Positions 51,809-64,000 of a stretch of DNA of 64,000 bases are shown piece by piece; the stretch's first letter is position 1, and each line of letters starts with the position of its first letter. The position numbers and the translations under genes are program-made. Source of the DNA: Camelus ferus (lineage: Eukaryota); NCBI RefSeq assembly GCF_009834535.1, contig NC_045697.1, positions 25,422,001-25,486,000 on the forward strand. The letters run 5' to 3'. The notes under the pieces are model-generated. The model did not search any database. It saw nothing but the letters and a program-made list of their open reading frames with translations, and was not told the origin of the DNA.

Positions 51809-53973
51809 AAAAACAAACAGAAGCAACTGATAGCCTTTAGGAAAAGTCCTAAATCTATTAAAACTTTTTAAAAGGACTTCTGAGCCATCTTTATTTGAAG
51901 ACGCTTTTATTGTTACCAATTTTAGGAAAAACATGTTTGTATCTTCCAGGAATGTTGGTGAAATTTTCCTCATGTTTAGAATTTTTGGAATAATTCTAGT
52001 ATGTTAGCACAAAAACTAATTTTTCTGATTGCTCCATGTTTCATATCAGTGATTATCTGATTTTCTTATTTCACGTAGTAAACACATAATGGCATTAAAT
52101 GGCAGTAAAACATCATAGTTTTGGCCAAGGCTTTGATTTTGCAAACTTCCTTTAGTTAACGGTTTAGGCCATTGTTCATGTAAATGTACATCAAATCAAT
52201 AGAAAGGCTTTTGGTATTATTTGCTTGTTAAGTATATTTTTTTAAATTATGTGGCATACAGTTTTCTTCTCCAGAAAGATAAAAAAATGAGGAAAGTGAA
52301 AATGATCGAAGGATTCATAGATAAAGTAGGCCAAGAATAAATGGGATAGTGGAGACTACGACATTCTGGGACGTGCAGGCTTGTTTCATCTAAAGGGAAG
52401 AATCACCTCTGAGTTCCACTGAACTGTTGTCATGTGGGAATGTGGTACCACTGCTGACAGTTATTCTGAATTCAAAGAATGAAGCAGAAATAAAGAACAA
52501 ATTGGTAGCACAGAAAAAAGAATCAGTGATGTGGAGGGTCTACTTGAAAACAATGCCTCAGAATGCAGAGACAAAAGGCAAAATTATGGAGGAAAAGACA
52601 GAGGCCATGCAATATATGGGATTGGCCAGCTATATCTCACATGGGGAAAATTAGGGTGTAAAATATTTTCATTGAGATAACACAGATTAATACAGAAAAT
52701 CATATCTGAATGGAAGGACAATTTGTTTTCTATAAAAGTTAAAAGAAAAATCTTCCTAGAGCCTAGGCATAAAAAATTTATTGCTGTCAAGAAAAATCAA
52801 TCAATCAATAGACTCAGTCCATGATCAAATTGTTAGAAGATAATGGAATAAGATGTGCAAAGGTAAACATCATATAAACATGCGAAGTTAATCACATGCC
52901 CACACTTGCAGCACGAGGACACACTCCTTCATGGTCTCCGGGCCCCCGGTTTTTGCTGTGAGGGCTGAACTCCCAAGTCAGGCCTCCTTCCGTCTCCTTT
53001 TTGAGGCCATTCTAATGAGGTGTCTCTTCAAGGAAGCCTGAAAAACAAAACAAAACAAAACCCTGGGTGAACAAAGCTTTGGCTTTCTATTGGGTGAGAA
53101 TGCAGCAGAAATCCTGACAGCAGCTACAGCAAATATAAATTAATTTTTGTTGTAGTGCCTTTGATTAAATATTAATTTAAATAGTATACATATATAGTCC
53201 AAAGCTTTGGCTCAATATAGCTGTTGGAAGGCTTTCTACTCCCCTCTTTTTTCTTTTTTTTCAGTTGTCTCCTGTATTATAGTGCCCTGAATAGTGAGAA
53301 ACTAATACAAATGTAATTCTCTAAAAATAGAAATTTCATAAAGTTTCAATTTTCAAGTCTTTATTATTTGGGCTAATCATTATGGCTTAGGAGAACTATT
53401 TTTTCCAATTTATGATGTTCTATTTCTCTCTCTCTTTCTCTCATCTATCTAATGTCTGATACATCCTAATAATCTGCGCAGATGTATATACACATATGTA
53501 AACATATATGGCCCACTTGCATATATTACTATGAATTTCCATCATCCTTTAGACAAATAAATACTTACAGGTAAAAAACTGGAATACTATTCAAACAAAT
53601 AAGAATCTGAGTGTAATTAAATGGATTTATTTGTCTGCATACGTATGCTTTGAAATATGTGAAATAAAATACTACGTGTATATTTTGTGATTTTGAAAGT
53701 CAACCTGCTTTAAGCTATCTATAAAATAACATAGATGTTCACTCTATATTTTTTACATTAAAACGTAACTATCACACTTCAAATTTGTGGTGACCAATAG
53801 ATGCACCCAATTACATGTCTTTGAATGAAAAGAAATACTCATGAGGCATTCCAGGATACAAAGTCATAATAGTACAGAAATTCGAGGATATGATTAGACA
53901 GTTTTTTAGATTTTAAGAAGGATAGTGTCAAGGAAGGTGGCTGCTCAAAGCTGAGGAAATACAGGTTGCTGAC

Positions 53974-54419
53974 TGTGTTAGTTTCCTAGAGCACTCATAA
54001 AAATAAATTACCTCTAAATAAGTGGCTTAAGCAAATACAAATATATTCCCTCACTGTTTGGGAGACTGGAAGTGTGAAGTCAAAGTATCAGTAGTGCTAG
54101 ACTCCCCATGAAGGCTTCAGGGAAGAATCTTTCCTAGCCTGTTTCTAGCTTCTGGTGGCCCCCTGGAATACTTGACATTCCATGACTAGTAGCTACATCA
54201 CTTCAGTCTCTTCTTCCGTCTTCACATGGCATACTCTGTGTCCCCTCTCCTTTCCTATAGGGACATCAGTCATTGAATTTAGAACCATCTAATCTAGTAT
54301 CACCTCACCTAACCTGATTACATCTGCAAAGACCCTGTTTTCAAATAAAGTCACATTCACAGGTACCAGGAATTAGGACTCAAACATATCTTTGAGGGCA
54401 CACAATTCAACCTGCTACA
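53974..54419 (-). mobile_element. MaLR solo LTR (MLT1C-like)
   Basis: 'tgtgttagtttcctag', 'tctagcttctggtggc', 'gattacatctgcaaagaccctgttttcaaataaagtcacattcacaggtacc'. Confidence 0.88.
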
Positions 54420-55159
54420 CTAATATCTAGACTTCTAAAAGAGATCAAAGTTCCCTCAAGGTAAGACTTAGAATTGCTTTGTACCCCAGTATCAGAGGCT
54501 TAGAGCTACATCACTGAGCCAACTTCTGCAATTATTCAGAAGCCGGTCTTCAGAAGGAAAGGAAGTCAAATTTTCTCCTCTCTACATCAGAAGTTTTAGA
54601 CATCTAAAGTACTCAATTCAGCCCAGGTAATAGTAAAAGTGAATCTCTGTGGAGTGGGCTGGCAGATTTCAGACTGGATTAAAAGTAAACCAGTCAGTTG
54701 TGGCAAAGGCAGAAAGACAGTTCAAAGGAATGACATCAGGAAATGTAATAAAAAATATATATTTCTAGTAAGACATTGAAAATACATTTTTCAAATCAAT
54801 CAGGAAAATTACTTTGTTTCAAGAGAGTAGACAACTGGAGGAAAATATCCTGCCTCAGTTAAGCAGAATGATCCTTTCTGAACACCTGCTTGACACTACA
54901 GATTTCATTATTTGTCTGAGTTAAATGCTATCCCTTCCAAAGTAAGAGCTGATAAAACTATCATAGAAGAAACAAGATAATCAGTGATGTGGAAACACCC
55001 ACACTCTGATAATTGGCAAACAATAATCTTGAAGATGTTTCTTCTTCCAAGAGATGTATTTCTTTTAAAGTATATGGATGTATTATATAAAATATGTCAG
55101 TGAAAGATCACTGCTCTAAAAAGGCAGGAAAAAAAAATTAATACAGAGTTGGCAAATGT

Positions 55160-55400
55160 GGCGTTTAATGCCTAACAACATGAGTTTTAGAACCAGAGAA
55201 ACCTCTATATCTTGGCTTTAGCACATAGGAAGTGTGTAACTTTGGATAAGAAATTACCTGATCATTATAAGCCTCATTTTTGTCATATGCACACTTGAAC
55301 AGTAATACAAATGTTGTGGTTGTAAGAAAATAGTTAATGTGTGTACGTGTGTATGTTTACATCATAGCCTAAAAGCTTAGCAAAAATGAAAGTTCAGCAG
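55160..55400 (+). mobile_element. MIR SINE (second antisense MIR piece at ~55720-55790)
   Basis: 'gtgtgtaactttggataag...gcctcatttttgtcatatg'; antisense piece 'ctcattttacaaagaagga...tgactttcccaaggtcac'. Confidence 0.55.
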
Positions 55401-56669
55401 TTGTTATTTTTGCATTCATATTTTATGTCTATGAGAAATGTTTTCTAAAGGAAAGAGGATTTTAATTTTGTCTCATATAGAAAATGTCTCTAAAGGACAC
55501 GAAAGCTGTGATGAAAATGAAGTGGATCTGTGTGCAAGGAATGCAGACAAAAATTCAAACCTCAAATTAAGTGTACAGCACAGGTAGTCAGAGCACAATT
55601 GTCAATGCTAAAAATAAAATTTAATACATGAAAGGCAAAAATAAGTAATGCAGAGGAAGAGGTCAAAGAGATACAAATAATGCTAGGCATGGGAAGATTG
55701 CTGTAGAAAAGCATAATCCATACCCTCATTTTACAAAGAAGGAATTGAATTTCAGGAATACTGTGTGACTTTCCCAAGGTCACCAACAACTGGCAGCTGA
55801 AGAAGCTGTTTCACAGCCAAAGGTAATTGCTGGGTGCTATCCCAGACTATGATAGCTCATTGAGTAGTCAGTATTTCTGAACGTTAACCATTAAATATGA
55901 ACATTTCATTAAACATGACATTTGAGATTAAATCATTTCATGTGTTAAATAGCATTTATTTCAAAATATTTGCACAACATTTCCATTCTTCATTTTATTA
56001 ATGTTTAAGCCAGTTTCCCTATTGTTAACCCCTTAAAGGAAGTTCTGCAAACCATTCTTATCAATTCATATTCATAAATTTTTGTTTCTTGATATATTTC
56101 TGTATGACTTTATGGTATCACCTGGGACAGCAAAAGATGATTAAAGCATGGTCATTTTATAATCAGATTAGACATCGATCATGTATTTAAAAGCCTTTAT
56201 ATACAAAAATGCCTCTTTCCTATAATAATTCTCTCCATTTAGAAGATACTAATATAATTGGGAAATGGTCTGAAACTAACGTAGGGTACTGCTATTTCAT
56301 ATGAATGCAATAATCTTTTGATAACTAAGGTTACTATGGCAAAATTATGTTGTGTTGACTAGAAAGCTATTAGTAATGACTGATGAAGTATTGCTCAATT
56401 ATTGAAGAGTAATTGAAAATATAAGAGTGAATTTTCTGATGAAGTGATAAATGTTATATATACTGCATTTTTAAACTAAAATTAATCTCTCAGTTCTAAG
56501 CAAGGAGTATTCCACAGATCATTCTGTCTGTCTTTTTCATATGAAAAATGTTTACAAAAATGTCTTTGGACTTGGGTATTTTTGCATGGTAAACCAGTAA
56601 AGAAAGTGATTTGGCAGAAATCTAGCCATTTTTTCCACAAAGAAAAAGAAATAGTCATTAACTTATCAT

Positions 56670-57890
56670 TCTACACATGCATTGTATTTTTTACACATTT
56701 GGCAAGCACTGTTTTAGGAACTGAATTACAGGGAGAATGACAGCAGACAAGATCTCTCTCTCCGCATTGTTACAGAGATGGAAATTGAACAATAAACTAA
56801 TAATTGGATAAGATAATTGAAGTTACTGGTAAGGACAGTAAGAAAATAAATAATGTAATATGTTAGACAGTAAATATCTGAGGCCTAAGATTCTTTAGCT
56901 TGGTCTGAAAAGGCATTTTTTTTAAGGCAATCTATGATCTAAAGCCTAAATAATGAGATAAAGCCAGTTGTGTGAACACTTGGGGCCAGAGTGTCCTAGC
57001 TCTTGAAGAAGGCAGGAGCTTGGCTAGACTGATGTGGACATTGCTATGAACAAGGGGACTATGGGACCTGGGATCACAGAGGCCAACAGGGACCAGGCTG
57101 AGCAAGCCTCTAGGGACCTAAAAAAGAATTTTTCTTTAATTGGAGTATAGCCAGTTTACAATATTGTGTCAATTTCTGGTGTACAACATAATGTTCCAGT
57201 CATACATATGCATACATATATTCCTTATCATATTCTTTTTCATTATAAGTTACTATGAGATATTGAATATAGTTCCCTGTGCTATACAGGAGAAACTTGT
57301 TCATCTGTTTTATATATAGTAGTTAGTATCTGCTAATCTTGAACTCCCAATTTATCCCTTCCTACTCCTTTCCCCCCTGGTAACCATAAGTTTGTTCTCT
57401 ATGTATGTGAGTCTGATAAAGAAGTTAGATTCATATTTTAAGTATGATGGGAAGATAGTGGACAATGCTGAAATAGAGGATAACATGATCTGCTTTACTA
57501 TTTTTAATAAAGTTACTCTAGATGCTAAATAGGTGATGTACTAAGACAAAAATAGAAGCAAGGAGATCTTTTGGTATGGTTTTCAGTACTTCAGCTGAGA
57601 GATGATGGTTTGGAATTATTTGAGAGGATAGAGAGAAGTGGTTGGATTTAGAATACATTTTGACAGTACAGACAATAAGACTTGCTAAAGTCTAGATGTC
57701 AAGAGAAAAACAATGGATTCAAGGATGGTTCCCTGGGTTTACGTTGAGCATCTAGGAGCACAGGAGTGGCATATATGGAGTTGGGGAAATGGGGAAAGGA
57801 GAGCTTTGAGGATGAATGTGAGAATATAACAAGAATTTGGTTTCTGCCATTTAAATGTATTGCTGTCTATTAGATGTTTAAGTCCACTTA
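56670..57890 (-). mobile_element. L2 fragment interrupted by L1
   Basis: 'ggcaagcactgttttagg', 'gaaggcaggagcttggc', 'gctgagagatgatggttt', 'ggacttgcta'-like antisense L2 motifs. Confidence 0.65.
57128..57415 (-). mobile_element. Short L1 3'UTR insertion
   Basis: Same family as 33239/40077 ('tcaatttctggtgtacaacataatg...ctggtaaccataagtttgttctctatg'). Confidence 0.88.
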
Positions 57891-58974
57891 TGCCAAGTCT
57901 CTGTAATTATGGAAATGAGGAACCACAACTGAAGAAACAGAAATCTCAAACTCTAATAGCAAAGACTATTTGATTATTACAACTCTAACTCTCAGTAATT
58001 GACTAAGATTGGTTAGATTGGCCTCAACAAAATTAGTCTATCTAACAATAATTCATTAATTATGACATCTCTATGTACTGTACATTTTAAATATCATTGT
58101 AATATTCCTAAAGCACCAAAATAATTCATAAAATATTTATCTGCCCTATATGAAGCTTTAAATGTATTGATACTATTATATAGATGGGACCTCCTTTTTT
58201 CTCAAGTCAATAAGAACACCAAGCTGTTAGTCATATTAAATATACTATATATGATTAAGAATCAGATAATATAAATATGTCATTTTATAATAATTTATAT
58301 TTTTCCAAATACTTTTATTCCCTTAATAGCCCTAAGAAATGAAGGCTAGTATTATTCTCATTCTTAACATGATTACAGGTCTATGATGTTGACAGGTGCT
58401 GTTTTGTAGCCTGGTGAGTAAGGAGCCAATCCCTCTTGATTTCATCAGGGTGTAGACCTGTCTAGGCAGCTGGCCTTCTCATGGATCCTCTGTGTTCTTT
58501 AGACTTAACACTTCAATGTTCTATGAATGTTTAGTCTGTATTAAAAAGGAATCTGAATAAATCATCTTAATTTAGTTCTTCAGCTACTACAAACAACTCC
58601 AAAATTTTAGAGTTTTTTCATATAAAAATATTTGATATTTAATTTTAAAAATATAAAAAATAAGTAATATTAAATATTTAACTAAGCATATTCACCCTTA
58701 AATTAAAATTCCCCCCAAAATCTAAGTACCAATAAACCTATAAAACAAATGCCAAATCAAATGCAAATGTCACCCCAGTAGTTTGCTAAACAACAGGTGT
58801 TTTTATAAACTTGTATATATGTACGTGTATATAATGTAAATTGCATTATAATTTGTGATATCTGAATCTGAATCACAATTTTAATTCCTTTTAAATTCAA
58901 AACAGTTGGTTTTAATTTTAAAATAGAAAACAGAATATTTCAAATATAGTTATGATATTTTGGTAGAGTACAAA

Positions 58975-59463
58975 AGTGGCCAAAAATTCTTATGTTTCAC
59001 ATATTATCACACGTGAAATGAAACTTTATAGTGCCTCTCGTTAAAATGTGAAGACTTTCCCTGCCCCTTGAATTGGATAAGGTTTTGTCATTTGCTTTGA
59101 CCAATGGAAAGTAGCCACTTTGACACAGGCAAAAACCTTTAAAGTCTGAGGACTTTGAGGTCTGCCCTCTTACTAGCTTCTTGAATCCATCTGCCATGTG
59201 ACAAGTCCAGGCTAGCCTGCTGGATGATGAGTACCACCATTGTTCCAGACAAAATCCATCAAATATAAAACATGTAAATGAGGCCATTCAGGGCAAAGCC
59301 AGTCAGTAGCTAACCCAAGTCTGTAGGGAGCCCAGGAGTGAACCCAGGTGAAATCAGCTGAACTTCAAGAGGAAAAACATCACGCAGATCAATCATGAAT
59401 GAAAATAAAATGTAAGCGACACATTTGGGGATCTTTTGTCATGCAGCAAAACTTACCTGGCAC
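58975..59463 (+). mobile_element. Old MaLR LTR (MLT1F/G/H-like)
   Basis: 'ccccttgaattgg...tttgctttgaccaatggaa', 'ccaggctagcctgctggatgatgag', 'tttgtcatgcagcaa'. Confidence 0.7.
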
Positions 59464-61529
59464 TATTTTGTCAGATATTTTAATAGCAATAAGCCAATTA
59501 ATAGTTTTCAGTAGTCCTCAAAATTATGTAAGAGTCTCTTTTTGGTGCTTTGCTGTGGTCTAGCATAGAAGCCATCCAGGTGGATTTATGTATCTTTATC
59601 TGTCTTACAGACAAGGAAAGATAGAGCACAGTATACTGAATCAATGTACAAGTGTTCTTAAGTGGTTTTGTTTGATGGTTCAGCTGTGTTACGAATAATT
59701 TTTCCTCTATAATTAAAGAAGTATTTTTAAATATTATTTACAAGTAATTTGGTATAAAATAGAAGTTAAAGTTTCCCCTTCTGTCATTTCAGAAAATAAA
59801 AGGGGAAAATATAGTTTCACATGAAGTTATCTATGGTTATAATACACTAAGTAATGAAGAGAGAAGGGAGGGAGAATGAGTCAAGTTTATATCACACAAG
59901 AAAGAAATGATGCTTTTTATATATCAATATATCTTTCCAAGCCTCATCCATTTAACATTAATTAACCAGTTATTTTCTTTTACCTTGAGTTATCTTAATA
60001 GTCTCTGCCATATGCAAAATATAGAGAAATTAAAACATAGGTGACCAGTTGAAAAGAAACACATACTCAGCAAGAAATGACTATGTTTTTGCAAGACTGC
60101 ATTTTCTAATATATTCTAATGTGCTTGAGACCTGTAGTAGACGAGAAATATTGAAGTTAGCTTGTGCTTTAAATTACCTTAAGGTTATCTAGGACATTCT
60201 TTGAAGGCAACCTAACAGGACACCGAGTGTTTTGTTAGATCTGCAATAAGCAGTTTTATTTTACATCAAATAGAGGTGAGTTTAATAGTTTGACCTAATT
60301 TCTTATGAACAGAGCTCTTTGTGTAAAAAACTTGAGAAGATTTTATTCTAGTGTACTCAAGGACATTAGGAAAATAGCTCTCTGTTAAGGTTTTGCTTTC
60401 AGGGTTAAGAGTTGAACTAGTCTAAATGACCTGTTCTTCATAAAATGCCCTTTTAATTTGCTGATTTTGCTCCCAAGACATACAAGTCTGCTGATGTACT
60501 GATCACTAAGTTCTGTTGGGATAATTATTTCAGAATAATTTCCCTGAGTTGCAAGGCAGGTCAAAAGGGAAAAAAGAAAAAAAACTTACAAAGTTTAATG
60601 CCTAAAGGAAGGGCATTAATTAATGATGTAGGCAAAATTTAAAAGGCAAGTTAACTCCGAATAGTTGCTATGTTAAAATCATTGCTTACTTCTAAATACT
60701 TTATTCTGAGCCCCTGAAGGAAATAATCTCAAAAACATTTAGGATAAAATGTTTTATAAACCAACTTACGTGTAAAAATTGGTGCCAGAGAAATATGCTT
60801 TATCAATGTGGACAAGTCAGAGCTTGGGATGGACGTGTTCAGACTTAACATATTTTATTAATTTCTCCCCTTCCCAGTCAAATGTAATGTAGTTCATAGA
60901 CATAAGTATTTCATCAAAATAGTAAGATTTAAAAGAGGCTGAATATCACCATTCTGTCTACAGTTTTGTCTGCAGGTAAATTTAGAGATTTGGTTATTAA
61001 AACTCATCACATTCAGAATCTCTATATGCCGTACAAAACAGAGAGACAGAATTAACCATCAAATCTATCCCATTTTAATGGAATAAGATGCAAGATTTAA
61101 ATTGCTTCTGAAAATAAATTAATACACCTTTGCACATATGTGTCACATGACCTTATGAAAATAATCAACAATTTGCAGACCCACTGAATCCAAGTTAAAA
61201 GAAAGAGCCTGGACCACTTTATTCCTCTTGTTTTAATACAGTTATTTCATCTTAATATCAAGAAGAATGTATCCTGTATTCATAGAGATTAAATAAATGC
61301 TGGATTATATATATAAATGACCAATATTTAATGTATGATAGTTTTCACATATTGCCTTCCAAAGAGTCACATATGCTAATAGTCTTATTCAGATTAAATG
61401 ATTTATTCAATAATTTGAACTCGTTTTTAAAAGTTATATAAATATGCTGTCCCCAAATTGTTCATATAAAAAGATTTTGGCAATTTACTTTTTCTATAAC
61501 TGGAAAGATGGTAAATTTGTCCTGTTTTA

Positions 61530-61675
61530 TGGGGCATACAATTTGCATAGCAACTCAGCTGTTGTAGCACAGAAATAACCACAGATATTACATTAAAAAA
61601 AAATGTGTGTAGCTGTTTTCCAATAAAACTTTATTTACAAAAACAAGCAGGTTGGTCCACTTTTGCCAGTATCTG
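61530..61675. mobile_element. hAT-Charlie MITE (MER58-like)
   Basis: 'caactcagctgttgtagcac...ctgttttccaataaaactttatttacaaaaacaagcagg'. Confidence 0.75.
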
Positions 61676-62639
61676 TTAATGAATATGAGTACCCTTAGAG
61701 ATGTTAGTTGGATGGTGAAATATGTCTATTTTCAAAAAAGCCTGGATAATTCAGCAAAATACATCCCTTCTTTGAGTTCTGTCACATATTAGCATATCAA
61801 AATTTCTAAGATTAGTTTTAAGAAATCTCTCAAAATCTCTTAAGCACAGAATTTATTCATATTATCGATAACTTGACCCTTTTAAAAACTGGACTTTTTA
61901 GCTATTACTGAAATACACAAGTGATGTCAGTAATTCATGTTATCAAATCAGCAACTATTGATCATACAATTTTAATAGTAACTTAAAAAATATGTATCAA
62001 CTGCAGTTCTTACAGAAGTCCATTTCAAAACACCCTGGGCAAAGGAAAGGAGGAATTATTGAATTACATAATTAAAAAGTTTCCTTCCTAGGTATATGTT
62101 TGTACCAAAGTGAAGGAAGAGCTCTGACTAGCAGAACCTGAGATATAGGTCTTTCCCTGCTGTGGATCAAGGATGGTGACATCACAGGGACTACAAGTAT
62201 TGCTTCCCCACAGGAAAGACATATTTATCCACGAGTAAGGGGATTAACTAAAGTTATAATCATTCCATTCCACTTCCAGACTCATTTTATATCATCCTAG
62301 CAATTTTTCAGTAGTAGTTAATATTCATCATGAGATATGATAACTAAGGTTAAACTTCATCTTTCCAAAAGAGCTACATGAATACCAAAACCTTCCTATA
62401 GATTTATTTAAGTCCTAAAGATAATCGAGTTATTCATTTCTTTCCAAATATATCTGACTGATACACTCCCACAGGTTAATAGACCTCAGTTTGTGTTAAC
62501 AGACACCTTGTTTGTTCCTTCTTTTGGCAGAAAATCTATAGTTTTTATTGTAAAAGTAAAATACATACACTGTATATATTGAGCCATAAGTATCAATATT
62601 AGGTGAGCTAAATGGCTATGAAATAATTTTTTAAAAGGG

Positions 62640-62960
62640 TGGTTGAGGACAATTAATTTTACCAAAGGACTTTCAGGTATTATTATGCAATTTGGTTAAT
62701 TTTACATTGATAATTAAAAACGTTCCTAATAATTTCATGATTGTCTTCCTAAGATTGGTTAATTTGGTAATAGTGAATTATCCTTTAAATTAAAATTTTA
62801 AGAATGAATCAGTGGGATATTTGCCAGTGAATTTTAGAGGAGACAAGCATAAGCAAATGCCTTCCAACCATGGACACATACAATACAATGAAGATGTAGA
62901 GTGAGAGTTATTAAATAATCAAGAACTGACTGATGAACAATTGATAATAATGTAAGGTGA
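62640..62960. mobile_element. Possible Tigger/pogo DNA transposon remnant
   Basis: 62892-62946 translates as DVESELLNNQELTDEQLI, reminiscent of Tigger transposase C-termini; weak. Confidence 0.3.
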
Positions 62961-64000
62961 ATCTAAAAATATAGGAAATACTACCTTTAAACACATTTTG
63001 ATGTGATTTTAAAGTTTAATCAGTTTAATCATGCAATTCAGTCCTTATTTTTATAGTTTCTTCCATATAATTTTTAGAACTCATAGCTTACCAATGATAA
63101 CTTTCAATTTACTATTAGTCTTTAATAGACCAAAAGTTATAGGTACTTATTATGCAGAAAAATAATTAAAACCTATGATTTAAATGGACTAAAAGAGACT
63201 TCTCAGAGCAAAATGATGTTATACATAATTATGTAAACTAAATTAAATAACATGTAGCCTCCGAATTTGTAGCAGACACAAATTACTACAAAGAGAAACT
63301 ATGAATTTCAATTTATGCTATCATTCAAAATCTCCTAGGTAAAGTTTACAGGCTAAAAGAGTAGTTAATGTAATTAAATATGCCAGAATGTTCGGTAATG
63401 AGGCCAGAGATCAAAACTAATCATATGAATTATGAACAGAAAAGAACCTGGAGGGCTATGATGATACTGAATATAAAGAATTAAAACTAAAATTACGTAA
63501 ACTGTGGTTTCCAGAATCAAGGAAAATAAGATGAGAAAAAGAAAAATATATGTAGTCATTCTCCAGCCATTGATACATTTTAATTCTTTCTTATATATTT
63601 TATTCACTCAACTAACTCTTATTTTTATTGTGCACTATTATATGTACCCCAAGTAACTAAAACACTTAATGAACCAGATCCTGTAGCTTGAACCAGAAAG
63701 TCAAGAAACTCAAGGGAACTGTAACTCAACCCAAGTTTTCCTAGAACGAATGTGTAAAAATTGTAATAGGTTTCTTACTTTATTTTCCACCAAGCTAATG
63801 TTTTTAAGAACTCTTCCATGCCCATCTCAAGTCTTTAAGTCCCTTGTAAGCAGATGTCACATTTTCCCTCACTAATCAGGGAGTTTTCCCTTCATTTGCT
63901 TCTACTTTTTCTTCATACCTGATTTGGGGGTTATCTCCTATATCAATATCATGTAACTAGATTATTTTATATTAATAACTCCTATAAATTGCATCATTGT

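Noticed and set aside
51512..51973. 153-aa minus-strand ORF
   Set aside because: More than half lies in a decayed L1 3' end; no independent coding evidence.
53072..53212. 13-bp direct repeat caaagctttggct as a TSD
   Set aside because: The intervening 115 bp has no poly(A) tail or known element signature.

Overview
AT-rich, gene-poor eutherian genomic DNA, very probably from a camelid (alpaca/llama/camel) because it carries four tRNA-Ala-derived SINEs of the Vic-1 type. No intact protein-coding gene, RNA gene or CRISPR array is supported; nearly all ORF-track entries are noise or repeat-derived. The main recognisable object is a disabled EEF1A1 processed pseudogene (from 38343). It starts at the 5'TOP cap site, was later split by a minus-strand L1 at its poly(A) signal, and appears to continue about 0.5 kb past the canonical poly(A) site. 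The rest is transposon debris: L1 (two twin-primed inversions and one copy with both ends but two large internal deletions), L2, MIR, MaLR/ERVL/ERV1/ERV2-like solo LTRs, MER5/MER58 and microsatellites. The most unusual structural signal is a triple stem-bulge-loop array with a compensatory base change in the R region of a solo LTR (26388-26549). I found no convincing new multi-gene system. Repeat family names and the EEF1A1 comparison come from recalled consensus sequences, not a database search, and boundaries of old elements are approximate.
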